Positions 29,848 to 39,254 of a stretch of DNA of 64,000 nt are shown piece by piece; the stretch's first letter is position 1; every line of letters begins with the position of its first letter. The notes beneath the pieces are model-generated. The model ran no database searches. It was not told where the DNA came from and saw only the letters and a program-made list of their open reading frames with translations. Made by a program: the position numbers and the translations under genes. Source of the DNA: Polyangiales bacterium (GTDB lineage Bacteria; Myxococcota_A; Polyangia; Polyangiales; Polyangiaceae); NCBI GenBank assembly GCA_038231275.1, contig JBBRLQ010000018.1, positions 1 through 64,000 of the forward strand, written 5' to 3'.

Positions 29848-30969
29848 TCAGCGGATCATGTTGTTCGCGCGGAGCTCCGCGTGCGCGCGGTCGGTGAGAT
29901 CCTCCGGGCGCTCACCGCGCGCCCACGCCACGAGCTCGCCGACGCCTTCGCGAAACGGAACGCGCGCCTCCCACCCGAGGAGCTCGCGCGCGCGAGAGAC
30001 GTTTGCGTAGCAGTGGCGAATGTCGCCCTCGCGGTACTCGCCGGTGAGCTGCGGAGCGATGTCGACCCCGAGCCCGGTCGCGATGGCGCGTTCGACGTCT
30101 AGGATTCGGGTGCTGGCGCCGGTGCCGATGTTGTACGGCAAATAGAGCGCGGCGTCGGAGGCTTGGGCGGCGGCGAGGTTCGCACGGACGACGTCGCTCA
30201 CGTGCGTGAAGTCTCGGAGCTGTCCGCCGTCCTCGAAGATCAGCGGCGCGCGACCGTTGAGGAGGCGCGTCGCGATGATGGCGGCGACGCCAGTGTACGG
30301 GTTTTGCATCGCCTGCCGAGAGCCGTACGTGTTGAGGTATCGCAGCGCAATTGTCGGCAGTCCGTGCGCGCGGCCGAGGACGAGCGAGAGCTGCTCCTGC
30401 GCGAGCTTTGAGATTCCGTAGGTGCTGGTCGGGCGGAGCGCGTGCTCTTCGTGGGTCGGGGCGGGGACGACCTCGCGGGAGCACTCCGGACAGATGGGCT
30501 CCCACTTGCGCGCGTCGAGGCGCGCGCGTGGGCGGAGCGCACGATCGAGCAGACCATGGTCTTCGCAGCGGTACGCGCCGTCGCCGTACACCACCATCGA
30601 AGACGCGAGGACGAGCCGGCGAAACTGCGCACGCCGCGCGAGCATCGCCTCGAGCAGCGTCGCGGTGCCGACCGCATTCACGTCGGTGTACCGCCGCACG
30701 TCGTACATGGACTGGCCGTTGCCGACCATGCCGCCCTGATGAAAGACGACCTCGACGCCGTCGAGCACGCGGTCGACGGTCGCGCGATCGCGCATGTCGC
30801 CCACGACGAGCTCTGCCTCCTTGGACAACCAGCGCGCGACTCCCGAAGGGTGCGCCTGCGGGAGCAGATCGTCGAGCACGCGCACGCGCTCGCCGCGCGC
30901 GAGAAGAGCATCGACGAGGTGCGACCCGATGAAGCCCGCGCCGCCGACCACCAGCACCGCACTCGACAT
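29848..30969 (-). CDS. NAD-dependent epimerase/dehydratase (extended SDR)
   Basis: GGAGFIGS, YGISK, LRYLNTYG, RDFTHVSD, GDIRHC. Confidence 0.93.
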   Translation of the reverse strand: MSSAVLVVGGAGFIGSHLVDALLARGERVRVLDDLLPQAHPSGVARWLSKEAELVVGDMRDRATVDRVLDGVEVVFHQGGMVGNGQSMYDVRRYTDVNAVGTATLLEAMLARRAQFRRLVLASSMVVYGDGAYRCEDHGLLDRALRPRARLDARKWEPICPECSREVVPAPTHEEHALRPTSTYGISKLAQEQLSLVLGRAHGLPTIALRYLNTYGSRQAMQNPYTGVAAIIATRLLNGRAPLIFEDGGQLRDFTHVSDVVRANLAAAQASDAALYLPYNIGTGASTRILDVERAIATGLGVDIAPQLTGEYREGDIRHCYANVSRARELLGWEARVPFREGVGELVAWARGERPEDLTDRAHAELRANNMIR

Positions 30970-31168
30970 GAACCGCTCCTTCCGCCGCTAAGCCTACTCC
31001 ATGGCGGCCGCGCAAATCGGGGGTGGTCCCGAGCTGGACGGTGGCGACTGCATCGGTGACATGACGCTCGCTCGACCGCTCGTTCGTGGGTGGTGCGGCT
31101 CCCGCTTCGACGCATCGCCAAGCGGGGCCCTAGTTTTGATCTTCGGGTCGTTCTGATAGGGAAGAACG

Positions 31169-32524
31169 ATGGTGCGTTGGGCGAGGCCGGCGTGGCGCGG
31201 CCTCGTGATCGCGATCGCTGCGATGGCCATGCTGCGACTCGCGATCGTCGCGACCCTGCCGGATTCGGACACCGACGCCTACGGCCACTTCGCGGCGGCG
31301 CGCGCGCTACTCGCGCATCCCGATCGAGTGGCCGCCCATTGGGTTTGGCTGCCCGGATGGCACGTCGTGCTGTCGCTGCTCATCACGCTGCGGGCGGGAT
31401 TCGTCGGGGCGCGCCTCTTCAACGCCACCCTCGCGATTCTCGCCCCAATCGTTCTCTATCGAATGACGCGACCGAGCTCCGAGCGTGCGGCGATCGTGGC
31501 GGCGATGGCGATGACGATCGCCCCGCTGCCGTCCTTGATCGCGACGTCTGCGCAGAGCGAGACGCTGTTCGTCCTTTCTCTTGTGGGCGTCGCGGCTGGG
31601 CTCGCGCGGCGTCGCGGGCTCGTCGCAGGCGCATGTCTCGCCGTCGCGTGCCTGCTTCGCTACGAAGCGTGGGCCGCGACGTTCGCGCTCGGCGTCGGAG
31701 TGGCGGTGCGCGGCGATGCGCGCAGCAGGAGGTCGACCGCGCTCGCGATCGCCCTCGCATTCGCGCCGGTGTTGGTGTGGTGCGCGATTCGCGCGCGCAC
31801 GGATGGACAATGGCTCGCGTTCGTCCCTGAGACGATCCACTTCGTCGGTGGGCCGGTGCACGGCATGGGGCTGCTCGGGCTCCTGCACTACACATTCTTC
31901 GTCCCCGCCAAGGTCCTTGGCCCCACTCTGCTACTCGCCGGGATCGGTCTGCGCGGCGCGGCAAAGGCGGTCCCCGAACTTGCGTGGGCGTCGCTCGGCA
32001 TCCTCGCGTTCCTCACGGCTACATGTGTCTTCGGCGGCTCGCTCGGTCTCGATCGACACTTCGCTGCGCTCGTCCCGTTCACATGCGTCGCGATCGGATT
32101 CGGCGCGCTGCGCTTGTCAACGGCATGGACTCGCGCGGGTGCCGCCGCCCTCGGCGCGACCCTCGCCGTTCACGTCGCTTGGTACGCATCGTCGACGCAC
32201 GCGCGATGGGGCTCGCAGCAAGCGGCCGCAGGATGGGTCGACGCAAATTCGGCAGGCGCTCCTGTCGTGTGCCCGAGCGTCGCATTGCAGCTCCTCACGC
32301 ACCTGCCCGACGCGAGGTTCGTCGATTCGCTGCCGCTCTCCGGCCCCGCCGTCGTTCTCGGGTGGGAGTCTCAACTCGGCAGGCTCGCTTCGGCGGGGAG
32401 GCTCGCCGGAAGATGGCGTCAATCGGGTGCCGCGGGCGACTGCGTCGTCGTGAGGGTCGTCGGCGACGCGCGCGACTTCGAGACACGCTCCCAGAGCAGA
32501 AGCGCCACCAGCGGAACGAATTGA
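31169..32524 (+). CDS. Polytopic membrane protein, probable GT-C glycosyltransferase
   Basis: DSDTDAY loop, WVWLP, SETLF, LRYEAW. Confidence 0.7.
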   Translation: MVRWARPAWRGLVIAIAAMAMLRLAIVATLPDSDTDAYGHFAAARALLAHPDRVAAHWVWLPGWHVVLSLLITLRAGFVGARLFNATLAILAPIVLYRMTRPSSERAAIVAAMAMTIAPLPSLIATSAQSETLFVLSLVGVAAGLARRRGLVAGACLAVACLLRYEAWAATFALGVGVAVRGDARSRRSTALAIALAFAPVLVWCAIRARTDGQWLAFVPETIHFVGGPVHGMGLLGLLHYTFFVPAKVLGPTLLLAGIGLRGAAKAVPELAWASLGILAFLTATCVFGGSLGLDRHFAALVPFTCVAIGFGALRLSTAWTRAGAAALGATLAVHVAWYASSTHARWGSQQAAAGWVDANSAGAPVVCPSVALQLLTHLPDARFVDSLPLSGPAVVLGWESQLGRLASAGRLAGRWRQSGAAGDCVVVRVVGDARDFETRSQSRSATSGTN

Positions 32525-33735
32525 GCTGCGTCGAACCAGAGTCGCGCGGTTGGATTGTGCGGTGCGTAGTAGAGGAGGGCGGCGGCACTTGAGAGGTAGA
32601 GCCACGCGGGCCGCGGAGCCACCGTAGAAAGCGCGATGAGCCAAAGCGCGTACCACGCGTAATGCGGTGTCCCGAGGACGAGCGTGAGTGCGGCGAGCGT
32701 CGCGGCCGCGCGCGCTTCCGTTCGGAGATCTTGGTGCTCCCGCCTAAGGGAGGCAATCGAGACCCACGCGAAGATCGCCGCGACGATTGCGAAGTAGGCC
32801 AGCGTCGGAAGCGGAACCGCGAGCCGAATCAGGCGGAGCAGAACGAATCGTTCGCCCGTATCAATTCCCTCCTCCCGAAAGTACGTCGGCAAGAACCCGA
32901 GGACCTTCGACCCCACGCCGGCGTACGGGAGATAGAGGAGGAACGTCGCGAGGAACGCCCCAACGAGGCGCACGCCGCCGCGACGTGCGAACGCCGGTAC
33001 GAGAACGAGCGGATAACCTTTCACGAGCGTCGCCGCGCCGAGCAACAGCCCCGTGAGCGCGCGCCGCGACGAGCTCGCCGCGAGCATCACGCCGGCGAGC
33101 AGCGCCACCGCGATCGCGTCGACGTGGCCGCTGTGGGCCACCTCCCAACACACCAGCGGATGCCACGCGTAGACGATGACCTTGCGCGGGTCTTCTTTCA
33201 GCCGGCGCAACAAGAGGACGAGGATGCCGACCGCCGCGAGGTCGACCGCGACCATCACGAGCTTGGTCCCGAGGAGCGATCCGCCGCCGATGAAATAGGC
33301 GCTGAGAAAGGCAAGCTGCGCGAGGGGCGGATAGATCGTCGGCGCGTAGGATCGACGGTTGATGTTCGGGAAGATCTCCGCGTCGCGCAGCGGCGCGAGC
33401 TCCGGCGCCTCCGGAACATGGCGATACGGGTTGATGCCCGACGCCTGGACTCTTCCGTCCCAAACGTACCGGTACACGTCGTCCGACAGGAACGGCGGTT
33501 GCCAGACGAGCGCCAATCGCAGGAGGACAGCCGTGCCGAGAATGAGCACAAGCTCGCGTCGCGCCATCTTCGGGTCGGCGGGCGCGAAGCGCCACACGAC
33601 GATCGCGGCGAGCACGAACAGCGCGAGCTCGATCGCGTAGACGATCGTGAACGCCCGAAATCCGAGCTGCGCGTGGAGGGAAGGCCAAGCGAGAGAGGCC
33701 GCGATCGTAACGAGACCTAGCGCGGCGAGCCGCAT
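32419..33735 (-). CDS. GT87/DUF2029-type glycosyltransferase
   Basis: LSDDVYRYVWDG, INPY, TIYPP, YAWHPL..E.AHSGHVD. Confidence 0.85.
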   Translation of the reverse strand: MRLAALGLVTIAASLAWPSLHAQLGFRAFTIVYAIELALFVLAAIVVWRFAPADPKMARRELVLILGTAVLLRLALVWQPPFLSDDVYRYVWDGRVQASGINPYRHVPEAPELAPLRDAEIFPNINRRSYAPTIYPPLAQLAFLSAYFIGGGSLLGTKLVMVAVDLAAVGILVLLLRRLKEDPRKVIVYAWHPLVCWEVAHSGHVDAIAVALLAGVMLAASSSRRALTGLLLGAATLVKGYPLVLVPAFARRGGVRLVGAFLATFLLYLPYAGVGSKVLGFLPTYFREEGIDTGERFVLLRLIRLAVPLPTLAYFAIVAAIFAWVSIASLRREHQDLRTEARAAATLAALTLVLGTPHYAWYALWLIALSTVAPRPAWLYLSSAAALLYYAPHNPTARLWFDAAQFVPLVALLLWERVSKSRASPTTLTTTQSPAAPD

Positions 33736-33754
33736 GCCCGGACTCTACGAGAGA

Positions 33755-34273
33755 TCAAGTCAAGGCGAGCAGTATCTTGCCGAGTCGCGGATGGGTCTCG
33801 CCAAGACGCTCTATGCGCGGCACGAGGAGCTGGTCGACGCCGACGTAGCGACCCGCGCGCGTGGCTCCGTAAATCGCGCCGAGGAGCGCGATGAAGACGT
33901 AGCTCCAATACCACTCGTGCGGGATCTTGCTGTTCGCCAGGTAGAGGTTCACTCCCATGAGAAAGCAGAGTGCCCCGCCGAGCCGCGTGAACACGCCGAA
34001 CACGAGCGAGATCGCGATGAATGTCTCGCCGAGCCAAACTTGCGGCGCGAAGAGGCTGAAGTTGGGCAGGACAACTCCGTTCACGAACGCGCGATACCAA
34101 GGCACCGCGTACTTTCCGGACTCCTCGACCCAATGCCGAAGCCCGCCGGCGCCGCCCCAATCCGGAGGCAGCTTCCACAGCGTCTGCTGGTACCACATGT
34201 ACCCGACGATGACGCGCGAAGCCGCGAGGGCCCACCACCCTGCCGGTCGTACCAACTGCGCTTTGGGACTCAT
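33755..34273 (-). CDS. DoxX/TQO small subunit (DoxD)-like membrane protein
   Basis: RVIVGYMWY..TLWK, GETFIAISLVFGVFTRLG, AGRYVGVD. Confidence 0.8.
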   Translation of the reverse strand: MSPKAQLVRPAGWWALAASRVIVGYMWYQQTLWKLPPDWGGAGGLRHWVEESGKYAVPWYRAFVNGVVLPNFSLFAPQVWLGETFIAISLVFGVFTRLGGALCFLMGVNLYLANSKIPHEWYWSYVFIALLGAIYGATRAGRYVGVDQLLVPRIERLGETHPRLGKILLALT

Positions 34274-34616
34274 GCCTGAGACTACGCCGGAGGCCTCTTG
34301 CGGTTGCAAGAAAAGCCCGATGGCGCGGAACGTTGGGGCGCGAGCCCCATGGCATGACGGCGTGGAGGACGTCGACGCGCTCGGCCCGTCTCCGAGGGCG
34401 ACCGGCGAGGCGGCGCCCCGTCGAGGCGGCCACGAGTGGAAGGAAGGCTTTGTCTGTTCGGCGGCGAATCCTGCCGCGGGAGGGCTCGCTCCGCGCTCTT
34501 CGTCTCAAAGCTCCCACGCAGCTCGGGCAGGTTTGCCGACAGTGGCTGAACTCCCGCTTGGGTAGCGCGAGCACGTCCATCGGCTCGGTGCTTCGTCGGA
34601 GTCCTTTCGAGCGGCG

Positions 34617-34800
34617 TGCGTGCCCGCGTGCGTCGGTCAAGCGTGCGGCGCAGCGGACGGCTGCGGCGGTTCGTGCGCCGCCGCGTGCGGGAGCGGATCG
34701 GGGTGCGACGGTGGCGCGTGTGACGGTGGCGGCCGCGCGCCCCTTCTCGCCGACTGCCAGATCGCGTTCGTGCAGACGTGCTCGTCACTCTGCGCTTGCG
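34617..34800 (+). pseudogene. Remnant of a Cys-rich protein
   Basis: CVPACVGQACGAADGCGGSC...; in-frame TAG at 34563 and no signal peptide. Confidence 0.4.
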
Positions 34801-35034
34801 ATCGGCGCGACGCGCACGCCAGCATGCGGCCCGAACAGCGCCGCAGGCGGCGTACGTGCGTTGCTGTTGCCGATGACGACCGCGTCCGGGGTGTACGTCC
34901 CGCACCCCCTGAGGGGGCGCCGCTACGACGAACGTTCGCCCTGCGGGATCGATTCGATCCCATGTGCTCTCTGGCGCCTTCCCGTCTCCCCAGAACTTGG
35001 CGCAAAGAAGGCTCGGCGGAGCGCCGACCAACGA

Positions 35035-35050
35035 CGGCACGTGGCGTGCA
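35035..35050 (+). promoter_or_regulatory. sigma54 promoter
   Basis: CGGCACGTGGCGTGCA; the -12 C is 15 nt before ATG 35064. Confidence 0.65.
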
Positions 35051-35063
35051 CCGCCGCTGGCCC

Positions 35064-35450
35064 ATGAGCGAGTGCGCAACCCCTCTCGAGGACACGACGT
35101 TGCCCACGCTTCATCCGGTGGAGCGGGAGGATCCCGACGCGCGCGCGCGGGTTCTGCTCGCGGTGGTGCGCGGAGAGCTCGACAGTCAGGCCGCCGCCTG
35201 CGCGATGTGGAGGATGCCCGAGGTGGTCGAAGACATGGTGCGCGCGCTGTCGCTGGCGCTCCGCGAGGAAGACGCACAACGCGAGCTCCTCCACGCGGAG
35301 ATCGAGAGCCTCCGCAAGCGCGTGCGATCGCTCGTGGGGCAGGTCATGGAGTCGGTGCCTCCGTCGGCGTCTCCGTCCGCCCCGCCTGACGAGGGGACCG
35401 CGTCGCCGTCGACGCCACCGTTCTCGGTGAGCCGCCTTCGCATCCTCTGA
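35064..35450 (+). CDS. Small HTH/coiled-coil protein (DUF1153/OrfA-like)
   Basis: RARVLLAVVRGELDSQAAA...EVVEDMVR, followed by coiled coil EIESLRKRVRSL. Confidence 0.55.
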   Translation: MSECATPLEDTTLPTLHPVEREDPDARARVLLAVVRGELDSQAAACAMWRMPEVVEDMVRALSLALREEDAQRELLHAEIESLRKRVRSLVGQVMESVPPSASPSAPPDEGTASPSTPPFSVSRLRIL

Positions 35451-35478
35451 GCGCTTCAGCCGACGTCGTCGGCGCGGC

Positions 35479-36525
35479 TCAGAACGTGACGAAGCCGAGC
35501 GTCGCGCCGGCGTAGATGCTCTCCGCCATCGTGCCCGGCGGCGGGCCTGCGGTGACGACGCCGACCGGCTGCTGATCGCCGCGCAGCCACATGCCGTCGG
35601 CGCAGAGCGCCACCGTCTCGGCGAAGTACACGCACGCCATGCCGCGCGCGACGTCGACCGGCGTGCCGGGATCGGTGTGGTGTGCCTCGACGCGCGTGAA
35701 GCTCCCGTCGAGGCGACCATAGCGCGTGTGGACGGCGAGGTATCCGCCCCACGCGAAGCTCGTCCCGAGCTCACGGCGCGACGTGTCGCCGGTGTTGTAG
35801 CGACCCGTGAGGATCGGCGTGGCGCGCGCGCCGAGCTCGAGGACCGTGCGATCGTGGACGTATTGGTAGCCCACCTCGCCGAGCGGGAGATCGATGTGCG
35901 AGTAGTAAAATTTCGAGTTGCCGAGGAGCTCGCCGCCGAGGCCGACGCGGGCGAAGGGGCCGTGCGTGTCGCCGAGCGGCGCGCGAAGGCCGAGGGTGAA
36001 CGCGGCAGACAGGCTCCCCTCGACGCCGCCCGAGCCGCCGCCGAGAGAGAGCGCGCTCGCGCCCCGCATCGTGAAGATGCTGCCCTCGTCGGTCCTCCAG
36101 CCCTCGCTCTGCCCGAAGAACATCACGCCGCCCGCGCGCACGCGCTCGGGGCCGTCGACGCTGGTGAAGCTGCCGCGAACGCCCCACACCGTGCCGTCCC
36201 ACGCCTTGTGCGCGCACGTGCAGCAGCTCCCGCACGACCCGCAACGGCCGCAGGTCGTGCCGGAAGAGCTGCACGACGAGCCGTCGCACCTGCACTCCTT
36301 CTTCTTCGAGCAGTCGTCCTTCGACGGAGCTGCGGGCTCGGCGGGGGACGGAGGGGGCGGCGTCGCGGCGACAGGATCCGATGCCGTCGGGGGAGGCAGC
36401 GGCGGGAGGGGCACCGTTGGGGAAGCGCCCGGATGAGCCGTCTGGGCGCTTCCGGCGCCTGCGCTTGTGAAGAAGGCCGATGCAGCGAGCCCCGCGTGCG
36501 CGGCGCGCCAGAAGCGTGAAGCCAT
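35479..36525 (-). CDS. Putative outer-membrane beta-barrel protein with Pro-rich and Cys-rich N-terminal region
   Basis: Signal peptide, alternating beta strands, C-terminal ATLGFVTF. Confidence 0.7.
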   Translation of the reverse strand: MASRFWRAAHAGLAASAFFTSAGAGSAQTAHPGASPTVPLPPLPPPTASDPVAATPPPPSPAEPAAPSKDDCSKKKECRCDGSSCSSSGTTCGRCGSCGSCCTCAHKAWDGTVWGVRGSFTSVDGPERVRAGGVMFFGQSEGWRTDEGSIFTMRGASALSLGGGSGGVEGSLSAAFTLGLRAPLGDTHGPFARVGLGGELLGNSKFYYSHIDLPLGEVGYQYVHDRTVLELGARATPILTGRYNTGDTSRRELGTSFAWGGYLAVHTRYGRLDGSFTRVEAHHTDPGTPVDVARGMACVYFAETVALCADGMWLRGDQQPVGVVTAGPPPGTMAESIYAGATLGFVTF

Positions 36526-36571
36526 CGGGCAGATGGACGAACGCGGACAGGCTGAGATTCAAGCCGTTTGG

Positions 36572-36937
36572 TCAGATCAGGACGTCGTCCGGCTCCGGGA
36601 TCTCCAGGTGCGACTTGAAGCTGAATAGGACGCGCGCCCAGCTCGTCGCGCACTGCGCCATGAAGTCCGTCGACGCGCGCCAGTTGCGGTGGCTGAAGCG
36701 AACGACGCTCTCCTCGCCCTCCGACGCGACGTCGAAGGAGACGCACGTGCCGACCCACTCCGAAGGACCCTCGACGCACGACCACGCGACGGTGGAGGCG
36801 CTGTCCTCGGCCGAGGCGCGCATGCTGAGCTTCGTCGCGACCGGCCAGAACGCGACACGAAGCGCCTCCTCGCGCAGCGCGCGAACGACGTCTGCCGGTG
36901 CGGCGTTCACGTGAACTCGATGAACGATCTCTGCCAT
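36572..36937 (-). CDS. SRPBCC/AHSA1-like protein
   Basis: AAGGAG RBS; IVHRVHVNAAP, WSCVEGPSEWVGT, FSHRNW, W..LFSFKSHLE. Confidence 0.85.
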   Translation of the reverse strand: MAEIVHRVHVNAAPADVVRALREEALRVAFWPVATKLSMRASAEDSASTVAWSCVEGPSEWVGTCVSFDVASEGEESVVRFSHRNWRASTDFMAQCATSWARVLFSFKSHLEIPEPDDVLI

Positions 36938-36971
36938 GACGGGCTCCTTGTACGAACGGATGACTTTCGAA

Positions 36972-38525
36972 TCACAGGCAGCTGGGCTTGAAGACCTTGC
37001 GAGAGCCCGCGTAGTAAAAAGGGGGGTTGCAGTCGTTGGCGTTGGGGTCGCCGGGGGCCGCGGTCGTCCCGGCCGGCGCGGGGGCGTGCGAGGGCGGCGG
37101 GGGGCTCGGACGCGGAGCGGGTCGCGGCGCGTGCGTCGGAGGCGGCGCGGCGCCTTGGGCGTTGCGGGCGGGAGTCGCGGTCTGCGCCGCGTCGACGGCG
37201 TCTGCCCGAGCGGGCGCGGGCGCGGCCGTGGGCGGCGGGATCGCGATCGGCGCGGGCGCCATCGCGCGCGCGTCACTCGCGATGGACGTCTCCTCCGCTC
37301 GACCGCGCGCATCTCCGAGCCACCGCACGAGCACCAGATCCACGACGACGAAGGCGAGCGCCGCGCAGACCACCCACGGCACGAAGCGCCACGGACTACG
37401 GCGCGCGTCGGCGACCGGCTGCGGATCTCGCTCGGGCGCGATCGCCGCTACCGCGTCCTCGTTCGGCGCGACGAGGCCGCGGCGAACACCGGAGCCGAGC
37501 GTCGGCGCGGCGGCCGTGATCCGCGAGTTGCTCCGCCAGCTCTCTTCGTTGGCCGCGAGCATCTTCTCGCGCCGCTCCAGATCGTCGGTCCCCATCGTGC
37601 GGACCCATCGCGAGACCTCGAGCGAGGTGGACGGCGGGCACACGGCGAGGATCGCCTCCAGCATCGCGGCCGCGCCGTCGTAACGATCCTCGGGCGCCAT
37701 CGCCATCGCGCGCGCGGCGATCGGCTCGAGGGTGAGAATCTCCTCGCGTCGCATGCCCGTAGGGGCCGCGCCGCGCGCCTCGAGCGCCGCGCTCACGGTC
37801 GGCGCGGTGCCGTGGAGGACGTTCGACAGGAACGCCGCTTCGTTCTCGCGGTTGTAAAAGCGCCGGTTCACGAGCATCTCCCAGAGCAGGACGCCCGCCG
37901 CGTAGAGATCCACGCGCCGCGTGACCGGCTCCATCCGGAGCTGCTCGGGCGCCATGTACCCCATCTTCCCCTTCATGAATCCCTGACGCGTGTGCTGCGT
38001 CCGGTTTTTCGCCTTCGCGATGCCGAAGTCGAGGAGGCGCGGCACGCCGTCGACGCTGACCATCACGTTCTGCGGCGACACGTCGCGATGAACGATCCCC
38101 AAGTGCGCGCCGACCTCGTCGCACGCCTCGTGCGCTGCGTGCAACCCCGCGAGGACGCCGGTCACGATCGCCGCCACGACGCTCACCGGCAGCGGCGCGT
38201 CGCCGATCGCCGCCGCGCGCATGAGGGCCGCGAGCGACACGCCGTGGACGTACTCCTGGACGAGGATCACCTCGGAGTCGACGACGACGACGTCGAGCAC
38301 TGGCACGACGTTGGGGTGATGGATCTTCGACGCGATCCGCGCCTCGTCGTGCAGCATCGTCACGAACTCGGGATCCTCCGCGAACTGCGCGTGGAGGCGC
38401 TTGGCCGCCACCAGGCGCGTGAACCCCTCGGCGCCGACGAGCCGCGCCGTATGCACCGTTGCCATCCCCCCTCGCGCGATCGGCTCGTAGAGGAGATACT
38501 GCCCGAATTTTTCCGCGGCGCTCAC
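36972..38525 (-). CDS. Membrane Ser/Thr protein kinase
   Basis: IARGGMATV, VAAK, HRDVSPQN, DFG, GYMAPE, TM, C-terminal CNPPF...KPSCL; GTGA overlap with def. Confidence 0.93.
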   Translation of the reverse strand: MSAAEKFGQYLLYEPIARGGMATVHTARLVGAEGFTRLVAAKRLHAQFAEDPEFVTMLHDEARIASKIHHPNVVPVLDVVVVDSEVILVQEYVHGVSLAALMRAAAIGDAPLPVSVVAAIVTGVLAGLHAAHEACDEVGAHLGIVHRDVSPQNVMVSVDGVPRLLDFGIAKAKNRTQHTRQGFMKGKMGYMAPEQLRMEPVTRRVDLYAAGVLLWEMLVNRRFYNRENEAAFLSNVLHGTAPTVSAALEARGAAPTGMRREEILTLEPIAARAMAMAPEDRYDGAAAMLEAILAVCPPSTSLEVSRWVRTMGTDDLERREKMLAANEESWRSNSRITAAAPTLGSGVRRGLVAPNEDAVAAIAPERDPQPVADARRSPWRFVPWVVCAALAFVVVDLVLVRWLGDARGRAEETSIASDARAMAPAPIAIPPPTAAPAPARADAVDAAQTATPARNAQGAAPPPTHAPRPAPRPSPPPPSHAPAPAGTTAAPGDPNANDCNPPFYYAGSRKVFKPSCL

Positions 38526-39091
38526 GCGTATCGCCGCCGCTCGAAGAGGCCGGTCTCGGGATCGACGACGCGATCGACGAAGACGATACCGTCGAGGTGA
38601 TCCATCTCGTGGAGGATGCAGCGCGCTTCCATGCCGTCGGCCGCCACGCGTACGAGGTGCCCGGTGCCCGGCGCGTACCCTTCGACGACCACCTCCGCGG
38701 CGCGCTCGACGTCGCCGGTGAGCGCTGGCACGCTCATGCACCCCTCGCGCATCACGACGTGGCCGCTCTGGTGCGTCACGCGCGGGTTCGCGAGGACCAC
38801 GAGGCCGGCGCACGAGCGGGCCTTCTTGTGGCCGGTGATGTCCATGCAAAATACACGTACCCCTGCGCCGATCTGCGGCGCCGCGAGGCCCACGCACGCC
38901 GGCGACATGTACATCGTCATCACGAGCTCCTGCGCGAGGACGACGATCGCACGATCGCGCGGCTCGACCTCGATCGCGGGCCGCGCCAGGACCGGGTGTG
39001 GTCGCTCGAGCACCGGACGTACCGGCGACCGCAGGTGGGTGCCGCTCTGCGGTTTCGAGAGAGAGGGCTGTGCCTTCTTGAACTGCTCCAT
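38522..39091 (-). CDS. def: Peptide deformylase
   Basis: VGLAAPQIG, EGCMS, HEMDHLDG. Confidence 0.93.
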   Translation of the reverse strand: MEQFKKAQPSLSKPQSGTHLRSPVRPVLERPHPVLARPAIEVEPRDRAIVVLAQELVMTMYMSPACVGLAAPQIGAGVRVFCMDITGHKKARSCAGLVVLANPRVTHQSGHVVMREGCMSVPALTGDVERAAEVVVEGYAPGTGHLVRVAADGMEARCILHEMDHLDGIVFVDRVVDPETGLFERRRYA

Positions 39092-39107
39092 CGGTCTGGG
39101 TGCACGA

Positions 39108-39123
39108 AGCACGGGTTGCGCCA
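39108..39123 (-). promoter_or_regulatory. sigma54 promoter of def-kinase
   Basis: TGGCGCAACCCGTGCT (GG-N10-GC). Confidence 0.65.
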
Positions 39124-39163
39124 ACGCGGGATCGCTGGAAATTTCGACCGATCGAGCCCCAAT

Positions 39164-39181
39164 TGCGGGGACCACCCCGCA
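39164..39181. promoter_or_regulatory. Dyad TGCGGGG-ACCA-CCCCGCA, candidate enhancer
   Basis: Perfect 7-bp inverted repeat upstream of the sigma54 promoter; no U-tract. Confidence 0.4.
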
Positions 39182-39254
39182 TCGCCGCTGCGTGCAACCG
39201 CCCGCGGGCGACGTGTAGGAAGACGTGCCGGATCGCGCGCCGGTGGGCGACGCC

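Noticed and set aside
34620..35450. 276-aa ORF as a single gene
   Set aside because: It joins a Cys-rich remnant, non-coding-like sequence and a separate gene with its own promoter at 35064.
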